The notes beneath the pieces were generated by a model that saw only the letters and a program-made list of their open reading frames with translations, ran no database searches and was not told where the DNA came from. A stretch of 64,000 nucleotides of DNA from a candidate division FCPU426 bacterium (GTDB lineage: Bacteria > Oederibacteriota > JAAXVQ01 > JAUVAV01): positions 992,001 through 1,056,000 of the forward strand of contig JBFLYH010000001.1 of the NCBI GenBank assembly GCA_040756875.1, given 5' to 3'. Both the position numbers and the translations under genes were made by a program. Shown piece by piece: positions 38,262-47,772 of this stretch. Each line of letters starts with the position of its first letter. Positions within the stretch are counted from its first letter, which is position 1.

Positions 38262-39125
38262 CTATTTTCCCAAAGGTCGGAAAACCTCATAATATTCATC
38301 TTTTTCCTGGTTGTATCTTTCAATTACAATAGTCCCATTATCTAATATCCGCGAAACATGATAATCAATTTGTCCAACATCATATTTATTGTGGTTTTTT
38401 AAGTTTTGAATTTTATAAGAATCTAGGTTTGCACCAGACCTAAATAATAACCATTCACCGTTGTCAGATATTCTGCTGAAATTTCTCGCTATTAGATTTT
38501 CTTCAATTTCTTTAATCACGTTTCCATCTTGATCCAGTACTGTTATTTTAGATAGTGGTGGTTTTTGTTTGACTTCCCAACTTACACCTTCAAGTATTGC
38601 GGGGCTTCCTTTGAAGCAAATTATATATTTCCCGTTTTCGGAAATATAAGTAGGTATGCCTTCAACCGTTTTAATGAAGTAGACCTTGCCAGTGGCATCT
38701 AAAAGGTTGACTTTATAGGTTTGCCGGGAATAATATCCGGTTTTGTAATGATAATCTGGAGGGACCATCCTGACATCCGCGACATAGAGAGCCATGAAGG
38801 TTTTGGGGTGGTTTAGAATGTATTCTGTAGTTACCCGTCTTTGCGTTTTCTCAGTCAAACCAATTTCCGCAGGCACTACAAAGGAATTGATGGTATTGCC
38901 TGCGTTATCATGAATATAAATGACATTTTCTCCAGTTTGTGCTTGGGAGCCGTTCGTAGATGCTGCGCTAACGCCGGCTTTTTTCTCCATCGTTACTTTT
39001 TCAAATGTTTTTATTTTTTCTTTATTATCCGTTTGTTCTTGAGCCTGAGTGCCCTGCGCCCAAACATATAACGGCGTCATCGCAAGGGTCATGGCGCAAA
39101 ATATTGTCATTGCCTTTTTCATCAT
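38262..39125 (-). CDS. Low-GC secreted protein with beta-propeller-like strands; putative partner/immunity protein of the giant protein
   Basis: AGGAGG RBS before ATG 39125; signal peptide; ISENGKYII and ISDNGEWLL blade-like motifs; ends 16 nt before the giant gene's start. Confidence 0.7.
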   Translation of the reverse strand: MMKKAMTIFCAMTLAMTPLYVWAQGTQAQEQTDNKEKIKTFEKVTMEKKAGVSAASTNGSQAQTGENVIYIHDNAGNTINSFVVPAEIGLTEKTQRRVTTEYILNHPKTFMALYVADVRMVPPDYHYKTGYYSRQTYKVNLLDATGKVYFIKTVEGIPTYISENGKYIICFKGSPAILEGVSWEVKQKPPLSKITVLDQDGNVIKEIEENLIARNFSRISDNGEWLLFRSGANLDSYKIQNLKNHNKYDVGQIDYHVSRILDNGTIVIERYNQEKDEYYEVFRPLGK

Positions 39126-39176
39126 CCCTGCCTCCTGTTGGTGTTGTTTCAATATCATAGTGATATTTCTAATCAA

Positions 39177-39884
39177 TTAATTCCTCTCCACTTTCCTATT
39201 CTCCATCACTATCCCGCTCGCAATATCCCCGCCTGGGGTGATGATGCGGGCGAAGATCTTTTTAGGAACCCACAAACCGCTTTTATTCTCATAGGTCATT
39301 TTAAATTGCATGGGTGGGATGGTCTCGAAGCCGATAAAATCTATCTGCGTTACCAGGCCCCGTTCTTTCTCAAATAGCACCTCTAAAGCTTTTACATTGC
39401 GCACGGTTTTTTCGTCCGCAATATTGCCTTCGGCGTCTTTCCTGTATCCAATTATTTTCACCAACCCGGACTGGGCTGGCTGGTTTTTCTCATCAATAAC
39501 CAAGTAAAATTGCTTGATAAAATGATAGTAATAAATATCGCTGTTCATGCCGGCAGTAGTTTCGCCTTGCTGTACCGGGCTGAAGGGTCCGCCGTTGATG
39601 CTTACCAGCACTTCGCCGCCGTTGATTTTGACTGTATTGTGACTGGGCTCGGTGAACTCCATTACAACCTGATTGGGGGCATTGTAAGTGTATTGCCCCT
39701 TTTGCTTGATTGTCAGGTCACCGACTCCAAATATTGACAGGCTGAAATCCGCTTCGATGGTTTTAACTTTATCTTGGTGGGCTTTTAGACTATCCAGCAG
39801 GCTTTGGCTGGTGGGTACATCGGCCCTGGCTGGCGCGCTGACCAACAGAGGGATTAGTATTACGAGTCCAAGATGCTTGTTCAC
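39177..39884 (-). CDS. LolA-like periplasmic carrier/chaperone protein (paralog 2)
   Basis: Signal peptide (APARA); 'KVKTIEADFS...QKGQYTYNAPNQVVMEFTEP' LolA-like pattern; same 708-nt length as, and clear similarity to, 51944..52651. Confidence 0.7.
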   Translation of the reverse strand: MNKHLGLVILIPLLVSAPARADVPTSQSLLDSLKAHQDKVKTIEADFSLSIFGVGDLTIKQKGQYTYNAPNQVVMEFTEPSHNTVKINGGEVLVSINGGPFSPVQQGETTAGMNSDIYYYHFIKQFYLVIDEKNQPAQSGLVKIIGYRKDAEGNIADEKTVRNVKALEVLFEKERGLVTQIDFIGFETIPPMQFKMTYENKSGLWVPKKIFARIITPGGDIASGIVMENRKVERN

Positions 39885-39980
39885 TTAAGCATCCCCCTTT
39901 TGTTCTAATTATTTAGACTGTTAAAACATTTTTTCCTTTTATCTTTTTTCATATTTTTTATACCCGCGAATAGTTTGTTT

Positions 39981-41579
39981 TCACGGGCGAACCAGTGCGA
40001 TTTTCCTTATTTTCAGAGCTCTTTCTCCACCGTCTCCTTTGATCTTGGTTCGCACCAGGTAGATGCCCGGTGCAATTCCTTCACAATCCCAGGCTACTGT
40101 CGCGGTTCCCGAGGCGTTCACTTGCTCCCTGATTTCAGCGACCTTAGTACCGGTTATGTTATAGATTGTGATTTCGACCTCCGCATCTTCAGCCACATTT
40201 ATGAGGAAACTCATGCGCTCTGTGGCGGGGTTCGGATAGGCGAGCACTTCGTCATTACCTACGAGTGCTGGCGGCGTATTTGTCGGCGTGATCGTCCGCG
40301 TGGGCGAGATAGTATAGGTGGGGGTAATCGTTGGGGTCGGGGTATGGGTGGGGGTTATGGTAGAAGTTGGAGAAATAGTCGAGGTGGGGCTGATGGTCGA
40401 GGTGGGAGAAATGGTAAAAGTGGGGGTAGGCGTAGGGAAAATGTAATGTTTGACGTAATCTCGTACAATAGCCCCGTCATCTTCTGGCCAAACGGCATAT
40501 GGTCTGCCAAATCCATCAATACAAAATGCACCGGCATACGCTTTTTCATTTAAATTAAAGTTTAACTCTCCTCCATCTCGAATCCAATTTACCCCATCGA
40601 AATGTTTTACATAATTGAATTGATCAGGCGTATGCGTTTCGGTCCAAAATACAAAAGGTGTATTGTTATAAACCTCAATATTGGGTCGACCAGCATTTTT
40701 ACTTGAGTCTACATTCAAACTCCCACCCAATTGCTCCCACGACGCGCCATTGTAGCGTTCGCAATAGATGTGCCAGATATATGGCGGACCTACTACCCCC
40801 TGATAGGTAACATAGGGAGTTCCATTATCTATATCAATCGTTGGATATTCTGCGCTTCCGGCATTGTTCAATGCACCTCCCAATGCAATCCAATCCGCGC
40901 CGTTATAGTACCTTACCCTGGTCCTCCCCAGGCCTTCTTGGTAGGCAACATAGGGTGTATTATTATCCATAGCAACATCCGCGTTATACACTCCCTCGCC
41001 CACGCCATTAACATAGCTCGAACCCACCTGTTCCCAATCCGTTCCATTATATTTTTTCATGTACGCTTTGCCGAGCTCAACCCAGACCACATAGGGTGTG
41101 TCATTGTAGCCCGCGATGTTGGGCACGGTTCCATCCGTGCTAGGTGTAAGGTTGAGATAGCTGCCTCCCACTTGCTCCCAATCCGTGCCGGTGTACTTCT
41201 TGACGTAAACCAGATTGGTGTTCCCACCTGCCTCGGCCCAGGCCACATACGGCGTGCCGTTCAAAATGGCAATATCCGGCGTATCCGCATCCATGGCCGG
41301 GTTCATGTTCAAGCTGCCTCCCAATTGCGTCCATTGAATGCCGTTGTAGCGTTTGACGTAAACCTGGTACGCCGAGCCGTTGCTCTCTTTCCAGGTGACG
41401 TACGGCGTTTCGCCGTCCGCGGCTATGCGCGGATAATAGGCGTTTTGGCTGGGATTGATGTTCAGGCTGCCATTGGGTCCGATATCTCCGTCCAATACCC
41501 AATCAGCATGTGCGGTTGCAGAGGCAAATAACAATAACGGCAGAACCAGGCGCCATGATCTTGGCATGGTCATTCGCAT
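39981..41579 (-). CDS. Secreted repeat beta-propeller protein with Thr/Pro linker and T9SS type-A-like C-terminal domain (paralog B)
   Basis: Signal peptide; ~7 'GGSLN...P.IA...TPYV.W.E...VYVK.YNG..W' repeats; PT linker; 'AYPNPA...IYNITG..V...GIYLV...KIALV' CTD. Confidence 0.85.
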   Translation of the reverse strand: MRMTMPRSWRLVLPLLLFASATAHADWVLDGDIGPNGSLNINPSQNAYYPRIAADGETPYVTWKESNGSAYQVYVKRYNGIQWTQLGGSLNMNPAMDADTPDIAILNGTPYVAWAEAGGNTNLVYVKKYTGTDWEQVGGSYLNLTPSTDGTVPNIAGYNDTPYVVWVELGKAYMKKYNGTDWEQVGSSYVNGVGEGVYNADVAMDNNTPYVAYQEGLGRTRVRYYNGADWIALGGALNNAGSAEYPTIDIDNGTPYVTYQGVVGPPYIWHIYCERYNGASWEQLGGSLNVDSSKNAGRPNIEVYNNTPFVFWTETHTPDQFNYVKHFDGVNWIRDGGELNFNLNEKAYAGAFCIDGFGRPYAVWPEDDGAIVRDYVKHYIFPTPTPTFTISPTSTISPTSTISPTSTITPTHTPTPTITPTYTISPTRTITPTNTPPALVGNDEVLAYPNPATERMSFLINVAEDAEVEITIYNITGTKVAEIREQVNASGTATVAWDCEGIAPGIYLVRTKIKGDGGERALKIRKIALVRP

Positions 41580-41660
41580 CTCGACCCCTCGGCTGATGTA
41601 GTAGATGGCGAGGTTTTAAGTATAGCACATCTTCCCTTGCCCATCAAATTAGGCACCCCC
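41576..41660 (-). promoter_or_regulatory. 85-bp promoter/RBS module, copy 1
   Basis: 84/85 identical to 47672..47756. Minus strand reads GGGGGTGCCTAAT-TTGATG-N17-TATACT (extended TG)...GAGGGG...ATG. Confidence 0.8.
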
Positions 41661-42659
41661 GTTTGGGGGACGTTGTTTAAATGTCAAAATGTCAGGTTGG
41701 CACCGGCAATACGCTTCGCCCCGCCTAATTAAATAAGCTGCCCCAGCTCGGGTCATCCCCAACTGTTTGCCGATCTCCTGGCCATTGATGCAGCATTCCA
41801 TTTTTAATAAATAAGCCAGAACCGCCTTGGCATCGCCAGCCCGATGGCTTTTCCACTTCTCCTTTAGCTGATGCTGATCGATCCGAAAATAATCGCAAAC
41901 CATTTGTATCATCTTCTCCACAAGCCGTTCGGATCGAATGCCCACACCGCTTTGGCTTCCTCTTGGCTCTTCCAGAACCTCTGCCACAAACCAGCTCTCA
42001 CCCAAAATCCGTTCGTCCCCCATTTGATCGCCGTCTGTCCCTGTTTGCCACCCCTTTTGGCTTCTCCGCAAGCCGCCGCCCTCGAGCTCCTCACGCGCCC
42101 CCTTCGTTTCTCCTTCTCGGATGAATTCCATGTACTTTCCTCTAGCTCGGCCCTCGGTTCGGCCGAAGTACCGCAAAACATCCACTACTGCCTGCCACTC
42201 CCTAGAACGATTGCCGATCAGCGCCGCATGGCCCGTCCAGGGATAGCGGCCCAGTTCCTTAATGTCCGCCACGAGGCCGGCACGTACGGGATTGAGGTGG
42301 ATATATCGGACCAATTCCAAAAAGTATCTTTCTTTCTGACACAAGATGGAACGATATCGATTTTGAAACAGATGCCCCGCCCTTTTATGACGTCGGTTGA
42401 AATAGATGGCATAACCAGTCAACAGCGAATGCAGAAATGGCGTCAGCGGCGTGCCGGCAGGAGAGAGGAGGAGGTGAACATGGTTGGGCATAAGAACCCA
42501 AGCATAACACTTGATCTGATGGGCTATTAAACCTTCGGCCAAGCGGTGGACAAAAGCCATCCTGTCTTTATTATCTGCGAAGACACGGCGGCGTTCAATG
42601 CCGCGGACCATGATATGATAGAGCCCGCCAGAAATGTGGATACGACCTTGTCGAGGCAT
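41649..42659 (-). CDS. HUH Y1 transposase (RAYT/TnpA-REP type) with a DnaA-C-like HTH C-terminus (element B)
   Basis: YHIMVRG, AWVLMPNHVHLL (HUH), GHLFQNRYRS and YIHLNPVRAG (catalytic Tyr); C-terminal 'VCDYFRI...AKAVLAYLL...EIGKQLG'. Confidence 0.9.
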   Translation of the reverse strand: MPRQGRIHISGGLYHIMVRGIERRRVFADNKDRMAFVHRLAEGLIAHQIKCYAWVLMPNHVHLLLSPAGTPLTPFLHSLLTGYAIYFNRRHKRAGHLFQNRYRSILCQKERYFLELVRYIHLNPVRAGLVADIKELGRYPWTGHAALIGNRSREWQAVVDVLRYFGRTEGRARGKYMEFIREGETKGAREELEGGGLRRSQKGWQTGTDGDQMGDERILGESWFVAEVLEEPRGSQSGVGIRSERLVEKMIQMVCDYFRIDQHQLKEKWKSHRAGDAKAVLAYLLKMECCINGQEIGKQLGMTRAGAAYLIRRGEAYCRCQPDILTFKQRPPNGGA

Positions 42660-42732
42660 ATATCTTTCGACCCGGCCGCCAGTTTTTCCATGCGTTTTAT
42701 TTTACTCATTTTGACATCTATACAACGTCCCC
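41666..42732 (-). mobile_element. RAYT-type element B bounded by 26-bp terminal inverted repeats
   Basis: 41666-41691 GGGGACGTTGTTTAAATGTCAAAATG versus the reverse complement of 42707-42732, GGGGACGTTGTATAGATGTCAAAATG (24/26); no target-site duplication seen. Confidence 0.8.
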
Positions 42733-44506
42733 ATTCACTTTTCAGCCCTTCTTCGGTTTCTCCATTCCATAGAAATGTAAGAAGCTTCCCTTGGTTGCCA
42801 TCCGAAACAGTCACGGTTCCTGTGTTAGTGCCGGCTTCAGGGAAAGCCACTGTAGCCTGATTGGAGTCATAATTGATTTTCCAGTCAAATAAGGAAGGCC
42901 AGTCTGTATTGGTGGCCGTCCCCACCTTGAAAGCGGCTTCGATGTTAAGAATGCCCTGCGGAGAGCCGGGAAATTCGACGGTGAAGATGGGTTTGTGGGG
43001 GGAAAAAGAGTACGAACCAAATAATACTTTTACGAACATGGTTAAAAGAGATTTATAGCTTACCTTCGTATTTAAATTGTGATTATTTACTAGCGGATTA
43101 CCAGCTGTGTCATTTGCATCGCCGACAACTATATAATATTCATCATCACCAAGCAAATTATCTTCGGCATTGAAGCTGGCTATCCATGTATCCCTGGAGT
43201 ATTTTGTTTTCTTAACAGAAGAATAAATAAGGTCAACCGGATTTTGCCCAAGGATGGCAGATAATGCACTACCTCTTACGGCAACGCGTATCTGCGGGTC
43301 AGGATTTTCATCCATTTCTTCTGAAAATACCACTTCCACTTCTGCCGCACCCTTGGAAATAGGGTTATTGGCCAATAATTCGATGTTTTCACCTTGTATA
43401 CCCGTAAATCGAGCGTGATATTTTAGTTTTTGGGATTGCTTAATCTTAATCCATTTAATGTATGGGCGGAAATTATCTACGATCACTTCCGCTTCGGCGG
43501 TTCTAGTGCGGGCAGCTATATCAGCAGTAATAACTCGAACTAGATATTTTCCATCCGGATATTGGGCATCGTCATTAATTTGCGCTTCTAGCATTAATCC
43601 CGCCTGATGTTCTTCAGGTGTTAATTCTTTGCGATTTGTCGGCCAATATTTATTTGGTTGGTTTAGACTAAAAGGATCCTTTGATACCCAATAAACTTGA
43701 TCAGAAGCATAAACATAGTTAAAGTTTCTTTCCCCAGCATTACTACCTGTCGCCCCGCCCGGGAGATCATCAAATCTAATTTCGGGAAATTCAATGATTT
43801 TAGTATTCCCTTTAAGTACTTCGCATTTTAAGTAATATAGACCTACTCTATTCGAATTATGTCCCCCCAGAGAGTCATAAGCAGGTATTTTTATATCAAC
43901 ATTACCGTTAAGATGAGGAAAATGAACCTCACTGTAATCATCATGCGGCAAGAATCCTATTTGGTTGCCGTAGGAATAGGATTGTATGCTGATATTTCCT
44001 GTATCCAGAAAGCCATCAAGGCCATCTGGGCGAAGAGGATTATAATAGCATTGCGAGTCTTTTTCGGTTAAGTGGAGGTGGGAAGTCCATCCAATTGTAT
44101 TTAGCTTTTTTAAGTATCCTATAACTTCTCCAGCAGTTATTTTTTCATTCTCGATTAAATCAATATTATTTTGAATATGGACATAAAATAAATCTCTTCC
44201 TCCAATACTGATTAAACGTACCGTCTCATTATCGGAACCCACTAAATATTTTGTAAATCTACCATCCTCAACAGCGCAAACCGTGGTTCCAATGTCACCA
44301 TCACTAGCCGCCGCATTAATATCGATACCAGTATGTAAATGCCCAGGGCGATATTCACCCAAAGTTGCAGAAATATATTGAATTGTATTGTTTTCGTCAT
44401 CAATGGTTCCAGAGCCATTTGAATCGAGCGGCCAATAATAAGCATTAGCTATTCTACCCAGAATAGCAGTAGTAAACAGGATAATTAAATGACTACATTT
44501 TTTCAC
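42733..44506 (-). pseudogene. Truncated M23-peptidase/Ig-domain protein resembling the giant protein's N-terminus
   Basis: Signal peptide, M23 motifs HTGID/YVH/HLH, Ig-like domains (VDNFRP; VEVVFSEEMD...DTAGN), then a FlgD-type 'FLWNGETEEG' that is cut at the element-B inverted repeat. The last ~68 codons of the 659-aa ORF are read-through into the element. Confidence 0.75.
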
Positions 44507-45783
44507 TGTGAATACCTAATTTTATGTATGAGATATTGATCACTATTCGATGCATTTCCATATAAATAAATGGTTTTATGAATAGGTTGTACTATGAGCT
44601 GAATATAATCATAATTCATTTTTAGTTTACTTCTTATTTCGCCAAATTCAATTATTTGTGTTTTTCCATCTTTTACAATTATTCTCGATCTTTTCCGCTC
44701 CAAATATACTAAACCACTAAGTAAATCGTTCTCTGAAAACATAAAATAATAATTTCCTGGTCTTTCTAAATCAACTTGATCCATTAATTCCCCATTTGAA
44801 TTAAGAAACAATACTTTTTGATCTGGCCGTCCATCACTTTCATACTTAGGCAACTTATTTAATTTGAGAATGTGCATTTTGTCATATCGTGATTCCCCAA
44901 TGACGGTTCCGCAATAGTATCCAGATATCGGCAATGTCTTGCGTAGTATTTCTTTGCCATTCTCATCCCATTTCACTAACTCTGGTTTTTTACTTCCTAT
45001 AACACCAACAATAATATTGGTTTTTTCAGAAATAGCATAGATTGGTTCTGGTATTGTATAATCGCTTGTTTGCAATCTTATAGTTGATGTGTCGCCGCTT
45101 CTGCTTACAATGGAAAAAGAGCTGCCTCCACCTGCAAATTGTTCGAAATCAATAAGTTTATTTTCTGATAAAGGTTGCACTCTCCCAAACATTCTCGGTT
45201 CTGGCTTCCATAGCTCATTCCCTTGATCGTCATACACTGTCGCCTGCCAGGGTACAGACATGTTTTTTTCCGATTCATATTCAGTCAATTCCCTCACCGG
45301 CATGCCGACGATGATATATTTATTGTCTTCTGATTTGCCCATAAAGATTAATCCTGGTATCTCTTTAGTAACCTGCCCCGAATAGTTCATGATCCGAATT
45401 AGACGGTTAAGTATAACCACTTTAGGATAAATAATTCTTTTCGTGTTTTGTTGGCCATTGGTTTCTAGCACATAAGCTGTTTGGGGAACGTCGTCATTTA
45501 TACCAATTTCGCTTTCACCCCATATCACCCTCTCCGCTCCTGGAAACTCCTTCTCCCACACCTTCTCCACCTTCACCTTCTCATCCTCATATATCACCAC
45601 CGGTGGTTTGAGGGTGCCGGCGTCCGCGAGGGTGGGCAGGGTTGAAACTACTGCTGCGGCGGTGACAACTGCTGTGGCTGTGGCGACTGCGGTGGCGGTG
45701 GCCACTGCGGTGCTAGTGCCCATGCCAAAAGCGGGGTTGATGATTAGAATGCTTGCGATGAAAGACAGAATGGACTTTTTCAT
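44503..45783 (-). CDS. Low-GC secreted protein with Ala/Thr-rich N-terminal linker; putative partner/immunity protein
   Basis: AGGAG RBS; signal peptide MKKSILSFIASILIINPAFG; propeller-like strands (KSEDNKYII, VYDDQGNELW, WDENGKE); stop overlaps the next start (GTGA). Confidence 0.7.
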   Translation of the reverse strand: MKKSILSFIASILIINPAFGMGTSTAVATATAVATATAVVTAAAVVSTLPTLADAGTLKPPVVIYEDEKVKVEKVWEKEFPGAERVIWGESEIGINDDVPQTAYVLETNGQQNTKRIIYPKVVILNRLIRIMNYSGQVTKEIPGLIFMGKSEDNKYIIVGMPVRELTEYESEKNMSVPWQATVYDDQGNELWKPEPRMFGRVQPLSENKLIDFEQFAGGGSSFSIVSRSGDTSTIRLQTSDYTIPEPIYAISEKTNIIVGVIGSKKPELVKWDENGKEILRKTLPISGYYCGTVIGESRYDKMHILKLNKLPKYESDGRPDQKVLFLNSNGELMDQVDLERPGNYYFMFSENDLLSGLVYLERKRSRIIVKDGKTQIIEFGEIRSKLKMNYDYIQLIVQPIHKTIYLYGNASNSDQYLIHKIRYSQ

Positions 45784-45918
45784 TGGTGTTTTAAGCTCCT
45801 TTTTCACTGGATTTGACTGCGGTTTCGTGGGTAATGGCGTTGATGTAGCAGCAATGGTTGTCCATATCCAGCCATTAAATTAGACAGGCATTAACATATT
45901 TCCATGCTATTTTTTAAA

Positions 45919-45995
45919 CGTCATTTCGGCATATTAAGCCGGAATCCAGTAACTTGATTTTCCTGGACCCTAGTTACAAATACACCGGGATTACG
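45919..45995. repeat. Degenerate GTCATTCCGG...GGAATCCAG / CTGGA...-type palindromic intergenic element
   Basis: CGTCATTTCGGCATATTAAGCCGGAATCCAG-N13-CTGGACCC...CCGGGATTACG, just downstream of propeller gene A. Confidence 0.6.
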
Positions 45996-46001
45996 TCAAA
46001 T

Positions 46002-47675
46002 TCACTTCACAATCGCCAGCTTCTGCCTGCCTGCTGACTTCCCATTCAATCTAATATCCGCCAAATAAATTCCCGGGCTGATACTGTCTGTTTTCCATAT
46101 CATTGTCTGCCCACGGCCGGCGGGAAGATTCTCGTTAACCTTAGCCACCAAGTCTCCGGTTATGCTGTATATCACGATCTCGACTTGGGCTGGTTCAGTA
46201 AGGTGTATCAGGAAATTCACCTGATCCCTGGCTGGGTTGGGGTACACCAATGCCGCTTTGCCGCCCAATTCCACACTGGCCAATGATCGCGTTTGCGTGG
46301 CAGTTGGCGAGACCGTAGCAGTTGGAGTAATGGTGCTGGTTGGGGTTATGGTGGGCGTTATGGTAAAGGTGGGCGAATGGGTATAGGTTGGCGAATGTGT
46401 AGGTGTAGGTGAATATGTCGGCGTTATCGTAGGAGTAGGAGAAATAGTGGGTGTGGGAGTGATAGTCAGAGTTGCGGTGTGAGTGGGAGTGTATGTCGGC
46501 GTTGGAAGAACATAGAATTTGCAATAGATTTTATTAATTGTGGCGGACTCTTCGGACCAAACAACATATGCAGTGTTATCAACAAATTCGAGTGCCGAGT
46601 TAAACACACGCGTATCATAATTAGGATCAATATTGAGACTCGAGCCATCCTGAATCCATTCCGAACCATCGAAGTGCTTCATAAATAAGTGTCGGATATT
46701 AAATATTTGCCCAACAACATACTTCATTTCATAAAATAATACATACTGAATATTATTAATGACTTTGATGTCTGTTGGATAGGCATCCTTATCCGATTCA
46801 ATATTTAAGATACTTCCATCTTGTAACCATTCACTCCCATTATAATGTTTAACATAAATTTGGTAATCACCAAAATAAGCTTCAGTCCAAGTCACATAAG
46901 GCGTGCTGCTATATACCGCAATATGCGGACCATTAGCAGACTGATTTAAATTATAATTCAGCGCCCCCCCTACTTGTTCCCAAGTTGTACCATTTATTTT
47001 TTTGACATATATTTTGAAATCTTCCATCCACGTAACATATGGTGCCGAAGCAATTGAAATGATATCTGGATAATAAGCAGAAACGTTCCCGTCTAAATTC
47101 AACATCCCCCCATCCTGCTCCCAAGCGTTCCCATTCCAATGCTTCACAAGAATGTGATACGCAGTCACGGCATCTTCATGCCAGGTCACATAGGGCGTGG
47201 CACCATCCATGGCAATCGCCGGATAATCCGCAAACTTGGCCGGATTGACATTCAGGCTTCCGCCTAGTTGCTCCCAACTTGTGCCATTGAGGTATTTCAA
47301 ATAGACTTGCCGGGTGTTCCCTTGGTCTTCAGCCCACACTACATACGGAGTGCCGTTGTAGGCTGCAATCGCCGGATTATATGCGCTTTCCGCCGTATTG
47401 ACGTTGAGGCTTACTACCGAACCGCTGGCATGCACCCAAGATACGCCATCGTTCTTCTTGACGTAGATCTGATTTTTGCCCGAAGCATTCTCCTCGCTCC
47501 AGACTACAAACGGCGTGTTATTGGATACAGCAATATCTGGATTAGTGGCATTATGAGTGGGGTCCACATTGAACACGCCGCCGTCTTGCACCCAATCGGC
47601 GCGTGCAGTTGAGGAAATGATTACAAGAGCCAGAAAGAACAACAAACGCGTCGTGCTTAGCTTAGCCCGATGCAT
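46002..47675 (-). CDS. Secreted repeat beta-propeller protein with Thr/Pro linker and T9SS type-A-like C-terminal domain (paralog A)
   Basis: Same architecture as 39981..41579; CTD 'VYPNPARD...IYSITG..V...PGIYL...KLAIVK'. Confidence 0.85.
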   Translation of the reverse strand: MHRAKLSTTRLLFFLALVIISSTARADWVQDGGVFNVDPTHNATNPDIAVSNNTPFVVWSEENASGKNQIYVKKNDGVSWVHASGSVVSLNVNTAESAYNPAIAAYNGTPYVVWAEDQGNTRQVYLKYLNGTSWEQLGGSLNVNPAKFADYPAIAMDGATPYVTWHEDAVTAYHILVKHWNGNAWEQDGGMLNLDGNVSAYYPDIISIASAPYVTWMEDFKIYVKKINGTTWEQVGGALNYNLNQSANGPHIAVYSSTPYVTWTEAYFGDYQIYVKHYNGSEWLQDGSILNIESDKDAYPTDIKVINNIQYVLFYEMKYVVGQIFNIRHLFMKHFDGSEWIQDGSSLNIDPNYDTRVFNSALEFVDNTAYVVWSEESATINKIYCKFYVLPTPTYTPTHTATLTITPTPTISPTPTITPTYSPTPTHSPTYTHSPTFTITPTITPTSTITPTATVSPTATQTRSLASVELGGKAALVYPNPARDQVNFLIHLTEPAQVEIVIYSITGDLVAKVNENLPAGRGQTMIWKTDSISPGIYLADIRLNGKSAGRQKLAIVK

Positions 47676-47756
47676 CTCGACCCCTCGGCTGATGTAGTAG
47701 ATGGCGAGGTTTTAAGTATAGCATATCTTCCCTTGCCCATCAAATTAGGCACCCCC
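47672..47756 (-). promoter_or_regulatory. 85-bp promoter/RBS module, copy 2
   Basis: 84/85 identical to 41576..41660; TTGATG-N17-TATACT promoter and GAGGGG RBS. Confidence 0.8.
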
Positions 47757-47772
47757 ATTTTCCTTTCCCTCC

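Noticed and set aside
38246-38323. ORF-track start of the giant gene at 38323 (likewise the extended starts of mcsB, mcsA, the LysM barrel and LolA-like paralog 1)
   Set aside because: These starts overlap upstream genes or lack an RBS; downstream starts give an RBS, a signal peptide or a family-typical N-terminus.
42527-42732. C-terminal ~68 aa of the 659-aa ORF overlapping the RAYT B start
   Set aside because: Read-through into the mobile element's IR and transposase gene in another frame; not native protein sequence.
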